From the NCBI GenBank assembly GCA_963837955.1, contig CAWIPH010000002.1, positions 608,001 to 672,000 on the forward strand: DNA of 64,000 bases, given 5' to 3'. Under the pieces are notes generated by a model. It was not told where the DNA came from and ran no database searches. It worked only from the letters and a program-made list of their open reading frames with translations. Positions 27,389 through 37,173 of this stretch are shown piece by piece. Position numbers and translations under genes: made by a program. Source of the stretch: an uncultured Verrucomicrobiae bacterium (lineage in GTDB: Bacteria > Verrucomicrobiota > Verrucomicrobiia > Chthoniobacterales > JAFAMB01). Every line of letters begins with the position of its first letter. Positions within the stretch are counted from its first letter, which is position 1.

Positions 27389-28126
27389 CTACGCCAGTTT
27401 CTTCCAAACGCTCGCCTGAGCGACGCTCCACTGGAACTTGCGGGCGTGCTCACGGATCAGGAACGGCAAATCCCTAGCCTCGATAAGGACGAGCTCCGGC
27501 TCGAAATGGCTGGCGATTCTGTTCAGGGTCGCGTCACTTGAGTCGGCTAGCCAGTTTTCGCGCGGGGTGAACTCTTCCAGCCAGGTATAAGGAGAGGCAA
27601 TGATGACGTGCCCGTCGAGTCTCGCCAACCGTTTTATTTCCGCCAGTAAGGCTGCCGGGCTCGGAACGCGGTCAAGCAAATTAGCCGCGAGCACGAGGTC
27701 GAAAGTCCCAAGGTTTTTCGGCACATGCTGAGCGTCTCCAACCAGAAACCGGCATCGTCCCCGGTCGATGGTAGGATCCAATTGCCGTCTGACGGAGGTG
27801 TAGCGCCGCCCTTCCTCGAGGATTTTGATATCGATCTGGCCGCTTTGCTGGATAGCCTGGGCAGCAGCGATAAACCGGTTGGAGAGATCGATTCCGATCA
27901 CCTCGCTTGACCAACGGGCCAGCTCGAAAGTTGATCGGCCGACGGCGCACCCGAGATCAAGAGCCCGGGAGACCTGGCCAATTGCCGGCAAAAACTCGGC
28001 CACACAGCGAGCCGGATAAAACAGAGCGTCGCGGGGCCCGAATGCGTGCGGAAGCTGATCTTCCGCGGTTCCGTAGTGGAACAGCAAATACTGATCAACT
28101 AAGGCGTCAGATTCGTAGACGTTCAT
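27389..28126 (-). CDS. SAM-dependent methyltransferase similar to the OvoA C-terminal domain (putative 4-mercaptohistidine N1-methyltransferase)
   Basis: NVYESDALVDQYLLFHYG, ALDLGCAVGRSTFEL, ANLLDR, SPYTWLEEFTP, FLIREHARKFQ. Confidence 0.8.
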   Translation of the reverse strand: MNVYESDALVDQYLLFHYGTAEDQLPHAFGPRDALFYPARCVAEFLPAIGQVSRALDLGCAVGRSTFELARWSSEVIGIDLSNRFIAAAQAIQQSGQIDIKILEEGRRYTSVRRQLDPTIDRGRCRFLVGDAQHVPKNLGTFDLVLAANLLDRVPSPAALLAEIKRLARLDGHVIIASPYTWLEEFTPRENWLADSSDATLNRIASHFEPELVLIEARDLPFLIREHARKFQWSVAQASVWKKLA

Positions 28127-28371
28127 GGAGATGAGCGATAGCAAACAGCCAATATCAAGTTTTGGCGATCGGCTATCTCATTCTGGCCCAGCGACAAGAG
28201 CTTCGCGAAAAAGTGACACGAACCTGTGTATCATCGAGCAGGGGAGCCCACTGGGCCGCACAAGTGCGGCCCGGCGAACCCAACCATGGGGAAACATGCG
28301 ATCCGCTCGGATGAGACAACAGACCGGTAAGTGTTGATTCCTAATTGGTCGGACCGCGCCTGCACCAGCTC

Positions 28372-29529
28372 TTAGGAGAGCAGTTCAGCCATATAACTGG
28401 CCGGCCGGTAGTTCTCGATCAATACCTCCGTGGCGCCATTTCGATGTATCCGAACTTGCGGTACCTGGACCTCCGGAGTCTTATGCGGTGCAAAAAGAAT
28501 ATCGTCATGAGTAGCGTTCGCGCGATTGGCAAACTTATCCGGAGTCAGATGGCCTCCGAGATGGTCGCTCCGACCTGTCGCGACATGCATTGTTCCCAGG
28601 ATCTTTTCGTCCTGAATATCTCGGCCCGAAACCGGTAGAAGTTGGGTTCCGAATCCCAACTCGCCGATTTCGCCGGTGACCGGGTCAGAGGCGATTTTCA
28701 ATCGGTGCTCCTCGATAGTCTGTTTATTTCCACGAATTAGGTCCGTTGCCACGATCCGTCCATTTCTTACGGTCATCAGACCGATTGTGCCGTCCTCGTA
28801 TTTGAGCGGAAACTTCCCAGAGGCGTCAGTAGGAACGTAATAGATTTCGCCAGCCGGAAGATTGGCGACATCGGGACCGCCGCGGCAGAGGCCATGGCTT
28901 TTCTGGGCCTCTTGTTTTGCCAGATCAAGATGGAGAGTGTGCTTCTCGCCATCGCAAACGAAATCGATTTCAACCCAATCGGCCTTGGTCATGCCGAGCC
29001 GCAATTTTTCCGCATTGCGGCTTACCTCATCGTAGTCAACCGATAGCCCGCTATTCAGGATTATTCGGTTGATCCCGTGTAACGTCGCCCCGCGGAAACC
29101 ATATTGTTTCGCGAAGGCGGTGAGCGGAGCGGTGGCCGAATAAGTCGAGATACAAAGGATGAGTTTGTAGTTCGGATACACATCTTTCTCTAGGCTCACC
29201 TCTTTTCCCTCAGGGGTTACCGCGAGATCGGGCAGGTCGAGGTTGCTGCCGCCGGTGATCTTATAAGCAAAGAAGTCGCCGCCGGTGAGATTCAACTCCT
29301 TGAGAACATCGTTTCTGAGCCCCTGATAGAAAACCTCGTAGGCATGTTTCTGAATAGTGAGATCAGGGTTTTTGAGAAAACTGAAATCCTTTACCTGATG
29401 AGGGTCCTCCAAATCAATGAAGATCGCTACTTTTTCGCCGGCTTTGGGCTGAAAAACCGTGCGAAGGAGGCGCGCTAAACTGAACGGTGGGAAGGATTTC
29501 GGAACGGTAAGGTGTGATACAGTGGACAT
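28372..29529 (-). CDS. M29/thermophilic metalloaminopeptidase-like protein
   Basis: NLPAGE, GELGFG, DEKILGTMHVATG, HDD motifs. Confidence 0.75.
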   Translation of the reverse strand: MSTVSHLTVPKSFPPFSLARLLRTVFQPKAGEKVAIFIDLEDPHQVKDFSFLKNPDLTIQKHAYEVFYQGLRNDVLKELNLTGGDFFAYKITGGSNLDLPDLAVTPEGKEVSLEKDVYPNYKLILCISTYSATAPLTAFAKQYGFRGATLHGINRIILNSGLSVDYDEVSRNAEKLRLGMTKADWVEIDFVCDGEKHTLHLDLAKQEAQKSHGLCRGGPDVANLPAGEIYYVPTDASGKFPLKYEDGTIGLMTVRNGRIVATDLIRGNKQTIEEHRLKIASDPVTGEIGELGFGTQLLPVSGRDIQDEKILGTMHVATGRSDHLGGHLTPDKFANRANATHDDILFAPHKTPEVQVPQVRIHRNGATEVLIENYRPASYMAELLS

Positions 29530-29626
29530 ATTGAAGCGTTTTTCCGCTTTGATTGGTTTTAACAACGATCGCGATAAACGACAAAGCAAGTAGGATACGG
29601 TGGTTTTTGCCCGCTAGATGCGCTGC

Positions 29627-29881
29627 TTAATTGCGTTGATGGTATCGGGAAATCCCGTACGGAGGCAGTTTCGAGGAAGAGAGAGAGACTCGCCGCCCTG
29701 AAATCGGAGAATAGAGACTATCCTCAAGAGGATCAGATGGCTTAACCGAATGTCTTAGCTGGGCGATAGCCTTGCGGATCACCTGCTCTAGCTCAAATTG
29801 TCTCGGATTTGGCTCGATTTCCGATAATTGGCTATCACGTTGGTGATCAAGCATTCGAAGAGATGTGGAAGTTAGGTTCAT
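29627..29881 (-). CDS. Small hypothetical protein
   Basis: ATG at 29881 preceded by an AAGGAG Shine-Dalgarno; no recognisable domain. Confidence 0.45.
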   Translation of the reverse strand: MNLTSTSLRMLDHQRDSQLSEIEPNPRQFELEQVIRKAIAQLRHSVKPSDPLEDSLYSPISGRRVSLSSSKLPPYGISRYHQRN

Positions 29882-30039
29882 GGTAACTCCTTTTTCGTTT
29901 GGCGTTTCACAGCAACCGATGAGACGGCAAAAGGCGCGCCGACCGAGTGCTGCGCGCAAGCTAGCAGGCCCGGTGACAGCCCTATGTCAGTAGAGTTGGT
30001 CTGCATCTCGCGGAAACAATCGACGGGATCGGCCGGTAT

Positions 30040-30918
30040 CTAACCGGATGTCCCCCGTTGTTTGAGTGCTTCCCTCTTAATTTCTTCCATGAAAAGTGCA
30101 GGCACGGGAGGCAAAGGCTCCTGCCAAAAGGCGGCAATCTTGAGCAATGGGAAGTCCTTCAGTGCGATCACCCGAAGATCCGATCCGTATTCGATGCCTG
30201 GAGCGAGAATCGACAAGCCGATGCCGTAGCCAGCAGCTGAGTAGGTCTGCACCATTTCCAACGTGGAAAGCTCGATGCCGATCTCCCAACTCGTTCCTCG
30301 TTTTCGTAGGCCGTCTTGGAAGATCTTTGCGAGCGCAGCGTTGGGCGGCACCGAGACCAGGGGCATAGGGCGTTGGTCCAATATTTCGGACAGCTTCTTG
30401 AACGGACTCGCAGAATGAACCAGCAAAACGAGCGGCAATTCTACCAGAACTTCGGTGCGAATGCCGGCTGGAGGTTTATTATAAAGTTCCGTGATCGCGA
30501 GGTCGACCTCCTGCGCCAAAAGGAACGTTTCCGCCAAAGATTGATCCGCTTCACGAAGCACCAACTTCAGTTCCGGCACTTTTTTCCGCAAGCGTCCGAG
30601 AAGTGTTGGGCCGTATTCTCGGAGCAACGCGGTGGATGCCGCCAAGCGTAGTTTCTTTCCGCCTTGGCCGCGCAGTTCCTCGGAAACCAGCTCTAAATTT
30701 TCAAAAAATGGTTGAATGAACCGAAACAATCGTTCGCCCGCCGGGGTCAGAAGGAAAGGTCTTCGTTGAAACAATTTTTGGCCGAGGAATTCCTCTAATT
30801 GGAGAATTTGGCCACTCACGGCCGGTTGCTGGATGCCGTAGGGGATGTGGCGAACGGCAGCGCTAATTCCTCCATGTTTAGCGACAAAAAAGAAAAGTTC
30901 TAGGTGATGGACGTTCAC
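30040..30918 (-). CDS. LysR-family transcriptional regulator
   Basis: N-terminal HTH ([27 protein letters not shown]) and substrate-binding domain. Confidence 0.92.
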   Translation of the reverse strand: MNVHHLELFFFVAKHGGISAAVRHIPYGIQQPAVSGQILQLEEFLGQKLFQRRPFLLTPAGERLFRFIQPFFENLELVSEELRGQGGKKLRLAASTALLREYGPTLLGRLRKKVPELKLVLREADQSLAETFLLAQEVDLAITELYNKPPAGIRTEVLVELPLVLLVHSASPFKKLSEILDQRPMPLVSVPPNAALAKIFQDGLRKRGTSWEIGIELSTLEMVQTYSAAGYGIGLSILAPGIEYGSDLRVIALKDFPLLKIAAFWQEPLPPVPALFMEEIKREALKQRGTSG

Positions 30919-31079
30919 GACGCTTCAGACTACCAATCGATTCTGGAGCGTTAAAACGAAAAGCGTTAGCGACCGATCTTTGCAAAATTGACCGGCGACC
31001 CCAAAACGCGGTTTATACCAATCGGCTTGCCGCCATCTGGGCCTTGGTCTTATATAACACTTCTTATCCAAGGTTATTA

Positions 31080-32165
31080 ATGGCCTCACAATTTGGCGTT
31101 CTTTTTCGAGTGGCGACCTGGGGTGAATCACACGGTGGGGGGGTCGGGGTGGTGGTTGATGGTTGCCCGCCACAGATCGCGCTCACCGCGGAAGATATCC
31201 AACGGGAATTGGATCGTCGCCGGCCCGGGCAAAGCGAGATCGTCACGCCGCGCGAGGAGAAGGATCGTTGTGAAATTCTTTCCGGGGTGTTTGAAGGTAA
31301 GACCCTGGGGACCCCCGTGTCTGTTTTCGTCAAGAACGAGGACGCCCGGCCCGAGGCGTACCGTGAGATGGCATCTGCCTATCGACCTTCCCATGCGGAT
31401 TTCACGTACCAAGCAAAGTATGGTATTCGCAATTGGCAAGGCGGAGGTCGTGCCTCAGCGCGTGAGACCATCGGTCGTGTCGCAGCCGGGGCCATTGCTA
31501 AGAAAGTATTAACGGAAGCTTTCCCCGCACTGGAGGTCATTGCCTACGTGAAAAGCGTTCATCATCTGGAAGCCGCCACTAATCCGGAAACCGTTGAGGC
31601 CCAACTTGTTGAGCAATCGATCGTGCGTTGCCCTGACCCCAAGGCATCGGAAGCAATGATCGAGTTGATAAAGAGGATGCGGAAAGAAGGTAATTCGGTC
31701 GGAGGAATTATTGAATGCGTGGTGCGTCACCCCCCGGTTGGGTTAGGCGAACCCGTTTTCGATAAACTGGAGGCAGACCTTGCCAAAGCGATGCTCAGCC
31801 TTCCCGCGACCAAAGGCTTCGAGATCGGTTCCGGATTTGACGGGAGCCGGATGACCGGAAGCGAACACAATGACCTCTTTGAAATGCGGGAAGGTAGAGT
31901 GACCACTAAAACGAATTATTCCGGCGGGGTCCAAGGTGGGATAACCAATGGCGAATCAATATTCTTTCGGGTGGCTTTTAAACCAACTGCGACAATTTTG
32001 CGACCGCAGCAAACGGTGGACATAGCTGGTGAACCGACCGAACTGATGGCTCGAGGTCGCCACGATCCCTGCGTGCTGCCCCGGGCTGTTCCGATGGTAG
32101 AGGCAATGACTTGGCTCGTCCTCTGCGACCATTACCTTCGCCAGAGAGCATTGGTTGGCAAGTGA
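31080..32165 (+). CDS. aroC: Chorismate synthase
   Basis: [33 protein letters not shown]. Confidence 0.97.
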   Translation: MASQFGVLFRVATWGESHGGGVGVVVDGCPPQIALTAEDIQRELDRRRPGQSEIVTPREEKDRCEILSGVFEGKTLGTPVSVFVKNEDARPEAYREMASAYRPSHADFTYQAKYGIRNWQGGGRASARETIGRVAAGAIAKKVLTEAFPALEVIAYVKSVHHLEAATNPETVEAQLVEQSIVRCPDPKASEAMIELIKRMRKEGNSVGGIIECVVRHPPVGLGEPVFDKLEADLAKAMLSLPATKGFEIGSGFDGSRMTGSEHNDLFEMREGRVTTKTNYSGGVQGGITNGESIFFRVAFKPTATILRPQQTVDIAGEPTELMARGRHDPCVLPRAVPMVEAMTWLVLCDHYLRQRALVGK

Positions 32166-32177
32166 CGCGGATACGAT

Positions 32178-33023
32178 ATGACGGGCATCGGTACAGATGG
32201 CTCGGAATATTGGCGAACCTTTTTTTTTGCGCTTGCCGGTGGCTGGGTTCTTCTGTCGATCTTTCGTGGTTGGGCTCAGGGTATTCTGCGACAACTGCTG
32301 GTGCCTCTGGCGATTCTCAGTGCCTCGATCATCGCCGCTCTGGTTACACCCATGGCATCCGGTTATTTTCGCGGGTTGCCGGCCCCTGTCGTGGCATTGC
32401 TTGTCGCCACTGGCATTTGGTTGTTCACCTATAACCTCTTGCTATTCATCGGCGGGATAATCTTTAAACGTACCCGCGACCAGGATTTCGTGATCATTCG
32501 TCTATTTTTTGGGGTAGGTGGGGCGGCCATTGCAGTCGTTTTTGCTCTTCTCCAAATTTGGCTGGTCGTGGTTGGGGTCCGCTTTTTTGGCCGAATTGCC
32601 GAAGACCAGATCGCGATCCAATCCGCCCGCGGTGTTGCCCCTGGCGGTTTTGTAGTAGGACTCGCTCGCCTAAAAAACTCAGTGGAGCTGGGATCAGGCA
32701 AAGTCATTCTCGATCAACTAGATCCGATACCTCAAGGCGTTTACAACCGGTTGCACCAGTGCAGTCTTTTACTGGCGAACCCGCGCGCGATGGGGCGTTT
32801 GCTCGAGTTCCCAGCGTTTCATGGCCTCTGGGAAGATCCCAGAATTCGAGCGTTGCAGGCTGATCCGGAGATACTGGAGGCTGTGCGGCGAGGCGACTTC
32901 TTGTCCGTTATCATGAATCCGCGGGTGATCGCTTTGAGCAACGATCCAAATATCCGGGCGCTGCTTTCAGGAGATCAAATTCGATCTGCCTGTGACTATG
33001 CCAGCGAGGATACCAATCGGTGA
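32178..33023 (+). CDS. CvpA-family membrane protein
   Basis: SIFRGWAQGILRQL, four TM segments, RLFFGVGGA. Confidence 0.7.
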   Translation: MTGIGTDGSEYWRTFFFALAGGWVLLSIFRGWAQGILRQLLVPLAILSASIIAALVTPMASGYFRGLPAPVVALLVATGIWLFTYNLLLFIGGIIFKRTRDQDFVIIRLFFGVGGAAIAVVFALLQIWLVVVGVRFFGRIAEDQIAIQSARGVAPGGFVVGLARLKNSVELGSGKVILDQLDPIPQGVYNRLHQCSLLLANPRAMGRLLEFPAFHGLWEDPRIRALQADPEILEAVRRGDFLSVIMNPRVIALSNDPNIRALLSGDQIRSACDYASEDTNR

Positions 33024-33497
33024 CGCTACACCGGCCTATTGCGAAGGTGGATCAAGCCCGACGCGAACCAATTCATGAACCTGACAACGTTATCCGCGCG
33101 CCGAGGGTTCAGGACCGAAAACAAGGCTGGTCGCCGCCATGCTCGTCCTCGAAGGGTTGGGAACTCCCAAGGCCCATACGGTTGCTATTGAGAGATCCGA
33201 GATTAGCTTATCGCACAGCGCGATTATCTGACCATCCTCCGCTTGCCCCCACCCATCTTACACCCTTAAGGTTCAACAGTTCGGACGAGCATTCCGGATT
33301 GCCCGCGATGAACGATGTTGCGGCGTGCTGGCGTTTCGATGACCAGAGTCTCGCGCGTACCAGAGAGAGCTCCATATGATCGCAATTGGTCTACCTGTTC
33401 GGACTGCGTCACTCGCGTGGCTCGATTAGCCGACCTGTTGACTACAGTTGCGAAACCAGATGGAGAGTGGGGGAACTAATCGTTAGAGAGAGGAAAA

Positions 33498-34442
33498 ATG
33501 AAATACACAGTTAGAGGAATCGCGACCTGCCTGTTCAGCGCGATACTTGTACTGGGTGGCGCCGGCACAGGGCAGGCGCAGCAAACGAAGAAGCCTGTTA
33601 TCGGGCTAGTAATGAAATCATTGGCAAACGAGTTCTTTAAAGACATGCAGGAAGGAGCCGTGAAGCACGCGCAAGAGCGTGGCGACCTCACCCTTATCCC
33701 TGTGGGGATGCACTCGGAGACCGACATCGACACGCAGGTTAACGCGGTCGAAAACTTCATCACGCAAAAGGTGGATGCGATCGTGGTGGCTCCTGCCGAC
33801 TCGCGTGCGCTCGTTCCCCCATTGGCTCGCGCGATTAAGGCCGGTATCGTGGTTATCAATATCGACGTCGCACTCGATGAGGCGGCAAAGAAACAGGCCG
33901 GTGTCGATTTGGCCTTCGTGGGTCCCGATAATCGCGCTGGCGCCAAAATGGCTGGTGAGGTGCTAGCCAAGGCGCTTGGTGCGGGAGGAAAAGTGGTGAT
34001 TATCGAGGGCAACCCTGGCGCCGATAACGCCCAGCAGCGAAAACGCGGCTTTGATGACGCAGTCCAAGAGGGTAAACTCAACCTGCTTGAGTCCCGCACC
34101 GCCCATTGGGAGACGGAAGAGGCCAACACCGTCTTCTCGAATCTGCTGACTGCCCATCCCGACATCCAGGGCGTGATGGCGGCGAACGACTCGATGGCGC
34201 TCGGCGTTGTGAAGGCCATCGATGCTGCCGGCAAATCGAAGCAGATCAAGGTTGTAGGCTTCGACAATATTGCCGCAGTTCAGCCACTACTCAAAGAGGG
34301 CAAGATGATTGCCACCATCGACCAGTTCGGCAGTCAGATGGCAGCCAACGGAATTGATTATGCGATGAAGGCGCTCAAGGGCGAGAAACTGGAGGGATGG
34401 ATCAAGACTCCGATCAAGCTCGTGACAGCGAGTGGATACTGA
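33498..34442 (+). CDS. rbsB: Sugar (ribose-type) ABC transporter substrate-binding protein
   Basis: Signal peptide; MKSLANEFF, ANDSMALG, VVGFD. Confidence 0.88.
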   Translation: MKYTVRGIATCLFSAILVLGGAGTGQAQQTKKPVIGLVMKSLANEFFKDMQEGAVKHAQERGDLTLIPVGMHSETDIDTQVNAVENFITQKVDAIVVAPADSRALVPPLARAIKAGIVVINIDVALDEAAKKQAGVDLAFVGPDNRAGAKMAGEVLAKALGAGGKVVIIEGNPGADNAQQRKRGFDDAVQEGKLNLLESRTAHWETEEANTVFSNLLTAHPDIQGVMAANDSMALGVVKAIDAAGKSKQIKVVGFDNIAAVQPLLKEGKMIATIDQFGSQMAANGIDYAMKALKGEKLEGWIKTPIKLVTASGY

Positions 34443-36018
34443 CTCATATAGCGGCGGCCGATCCCGGTCGCCGCTTCTCGAGATAAAGGGGCTGACGAAA
34501 CGTTTCCCTGGCGTGACCGCGCTCGACGCGGTCGATCTGTCCTTGGCACCAGGCGAGATCCATGCGCTCGTTGGCGAAAACGGCGCCGGCAAATCGACGC
34601 TGATCAAGCTCCTTTGCGGGAGCTATATTCCAGACGCTGGCGAGATGCGGTTTTGTGGCGCGCCGTACACTCCGCAATCACCGCTTGACGCGCTTGAAGC
34701 TGGCATCCGAGTGGTTTACCAGGAATTCAACCTTCTCCCGTACCTCTCCGTCGCTGAGAACCTCCTCTTTGACCATCTGCCACGACGCTACGGTTTATTG
34801 CTCGATTACAGCACACTCCACAAACGCGCCGCGGAACTGCTGAAGCAGGTCGGGCTCGACGTCGACCCGCACACGCGTGTTGAGCATCTTGGTATAGCTC
34901 AGCGCCAGCTACTGGAGATTGGCAAGGCGCTATCCTCCGCAAGCCGGTTGCTAATCCTCGACGAGCCGACCGCGACTCTCACGTTACGAGAGATTCGACG
35001 GCTCTTCGAAATTATCCGAGATGTGCGCGCTTCGGGTGTAACGGTCATCTTTGTATCCCATCATCTTAATGAGATCTTTGATCTTTGCGACGCCGTCACC
35101 GTGCTACGTAACGGCCGACGGATCGCGTCGCTTCCCGTTGCGGCGACGAGCTCGCCGGAGATCGTGCATCTGATGGTCGGACATGAATTGGAGACGGCAC
35201 TCGCTGGCGGCCGGACGCTTGAAAAGCCGTCGCGCGGGCCAGCGGCAATTCGGGTGCAAGACCTGCGTTTTCGTGGCAACGCCCACGGTATATCTTTCGC
35301 TTTGCAGTACGGCGAAATTCTTGGCTTTGCGGGATTGGTTGGCTCCGGGCGAACCGAAATGCTTCGAGCAATTTTTGGTGCTGACCGGCGCGACGGCGGA
35401 GAAATCTACCGCGACGAACAACGGGTCCTTTTTGATCATCCGAGGGCAGCGGTCAGGCATGGCGTTTGCCTTTTGACCGAGAATCGCAAGGAGGAGGGAC
35501 TAGTGCTCCCAATGGCGGTGCGTGTCAACGTGACGCTTACAGATCTCGCTCGGATTTCGCGCGCTGGATTGCTGAACGGAGGTACGGAGAAGACCATGGC
35601 ACAAAATTGGGCCGCCGAACTCGATATGCGTATCGCCTCCCTGGAGCAGGCGGCACTCGATCTCTCCGGCGGAAACCAGCAGAAGCTGGTTATTGCCAAG
35701 TGGCTCTTTCGCAATGCGGATGTGCTGATGCTGGACGAGCCAACCCGAGGTATCGACGTTGGCGCGAAGGCTGAGATTCATGATTTGCTCCGGCGGTTGG
35801 CTTCGGCTGGCAAGGCCGTACTCGTCGTTTCTTCGGAAATTCCTGAGCTCGTAGCGCTCTGTGACCGCATTCTCGTGCTCTGGCGCGGACGGGTCGTTGG
35901 CGAACTCCGGCGAGATGAGTTTAACGAAGCGCGGATCCTTTCGGTCGCTTGCGGTGAGTCGATGGCCGGCGAGAACATTTCGCTTCGCGGCTTTACCATA
36001 GGACGCTCAGATGATTGA
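34432..36018 (+). CDS. rbsA: Sugar ABC transporter ATP-binding protein (two ABC domains)
   Basis: GENGAGKST, LDEPT, LSGGNQQK, DEPTRGIDVGAK. Confidence 0.9.
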   Translation: MDTDSYSGGRSRSPLLEIKGLTKRFPGVTALDAVDLSLAPGEIHALVGENGAGKSTLIKLLCGSYIPDAGEMRFCGAPYTPQSPLDALEAGIRVVYQEFNLLPYLSVAENLLFDHLPRRYGLLLDYSTLHKRAAELLKQVGLDVDPHTRVEHLGIAQRQLLEIGKALSSASRLLILDEPTATLTLREIRRLFEIIRDVRASGVTVIFVSHHLNEIFDLCDAVTVLRNGRRIASLPVAATSSPEIVHLMVGHELETALAGGRTLEKPSRGPAAIRVQDLRFRGNAHGISFALQYGEILGFAGLVGSGRTEMLRAIFGADRRDGGEIYRDEQRVLFDHPRAAVRHGVCLLTENRKEEGLVLPMAVRVNVTLTDLARISRAGLLNGGTEKTMAQNWAAELDMRIASLEQAALDLSGGNQQKLVIAKWLFRNADVLMLDEPTRGIDVGAKAEIHDLLRRLASAGKAVLVVSSEIPELVALCDRILVLWRGRVVGELRRDEFNEARILSVACGESMAGENISLRGFTIGRSDD

Positions 36019-37066
36019 GAGTGACCATCCGGCCGAAGGTCAGCAGACCGAAATACCAGCAGCCGCCGAGCCCATCGGCACTGCCAGAGCTGGACAACGT
36101 AGGTTAGCATTCTTGCAGCGCGTTCTACGCGAGGCTGGAATTGGCATCGCTCTTCTCCTGATGATCGTCGTTTTCTCGAGCTTCGCGCGGCACTTCACCG
36201 ATGAGTCGAATATTACCAACATTCTGACGCAGGTTACGATCAACCTCATCATGGCGACAGGGATGACGTTTGTGATCCTGATTGGCGGCATCGATCTGTC
36301 GGTTGGCTCGGTCTTGGCATTTGCAGCCATGGTCGCTGGGGTCGTGCTGAAAAGCGAGGCACTGCCGGTCCCAGCCGCGATTACGCTCGCCGTGTTAACG
36401 AGCATCGCAGTCGGCATGGCATGTGGCCTCATGAACGGTTTTATCGCCAGTTTCTGGCGCGTTCCTTCCTTCATTGTGACGCTCGGTATGTTGAACGTAG
36501 CTCGCGGAGCCGCGCTGGAAGTGACCAACGCTCGCACGCTTTTTGAATTTCCGAATGAGTTTAATGCTTTCGGGACGGCGACATTGCTCGGCATCCCAGC
36601 CATCTTCCTGGTCGCCCTAATGCTAGTTCTGCTCGGTTGGGCGGTGCTGACCCGGACGGTTTTTGGCCGCCTTATCTATGCCATCGGTAACAATGAGGAA
36701 GCAGTGCGCCTATCCGGCCACAATACCTTCTTTTACAAGGTCTCGGCTTTCGTCATTTCCGGTCTGACGGTCGGCATCGGCGCAATCATTTACATGTCTC
36801 GACTAACCATCGCAAGCCCTATCCTGGGAAGTGGTTTCGAGCTTAACGCGATCGCTGCTGTGATCATAGGTGGGACTAGTCTCAATGGTGGCCGTGGTTC
36901 CCTCATAGGCACCTTCCTCGGGGCCTGTCTGATCGGCGTGCTCGCGGATGGCCTAATCCTCATGGGTGTTGGAGATTTCGTACGGCAGATGATCACTGGT
37001 GGTGTTATCATCCTCGCGGTTATCGTCGACTCCTATCGAGCCAGATTAGCAGAGCGGACGCGTTGA
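36011..37066 (+). CDS. rbsC: Sugar ABC transporter permease
   Basis: GGIDLSVGS, PSFIVTLG, FGRLIYAIGNNEEAVRLSG, ELNAIAAVIIGG. Confidence 0.9.
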   Translation: MIESDHPAEGQQTEIPAAAEPIGTARAGQRRLAFLQRVLREAGIGIALLLMIVVFSSFARHFTDESNITNILTQVTINLIMATGMTFVILIGGIDLSVGSVLAFAAMVAGVVLKSEALPVPAAITLAVLTSIAVGMACGLMNGFIASFWRVPSFIVTLGMLNVARGAALEVTNARTLFEFPNEFNAFGTATLLGIPAIFLVALMLVLLGWAVLTRTVFGRLIYAIGNNEEAVRLSGHNTFFYKVSAFVISGLTVGIGAIIYMSRLTIASPILGSGFELNAIAAVIIGGTSLNGGRGSLIGTFLGACLIGVLADGLILMGVGDFVRQMITGGVIILAVIVDSYRARLAERTR

Positions 37067-37173
37067 AATCAGAACTCCCGAAAGCTTGATTCCGCGGTGA
37101 AACCATCCTAATTGCTCGAAATACATCATACCCGGTATGAAAAATTGTCATTATTATCAGGCAGATCATCGGC

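Noticed and set aside
32220..32228. T9 run in the cvpA-like gene (and the C run near 50160 in infB) as phase-variation tracts
   Set aside because: Both frames are intact and the runs simply encode Phe-Phe-Phe or Gly-Gly-Val; there is no evidence of switching.
33476..34267. 263-aa antisense ORF
   Set aside because: Shadow of the sugar-binding protein gene; no motifs of its own.
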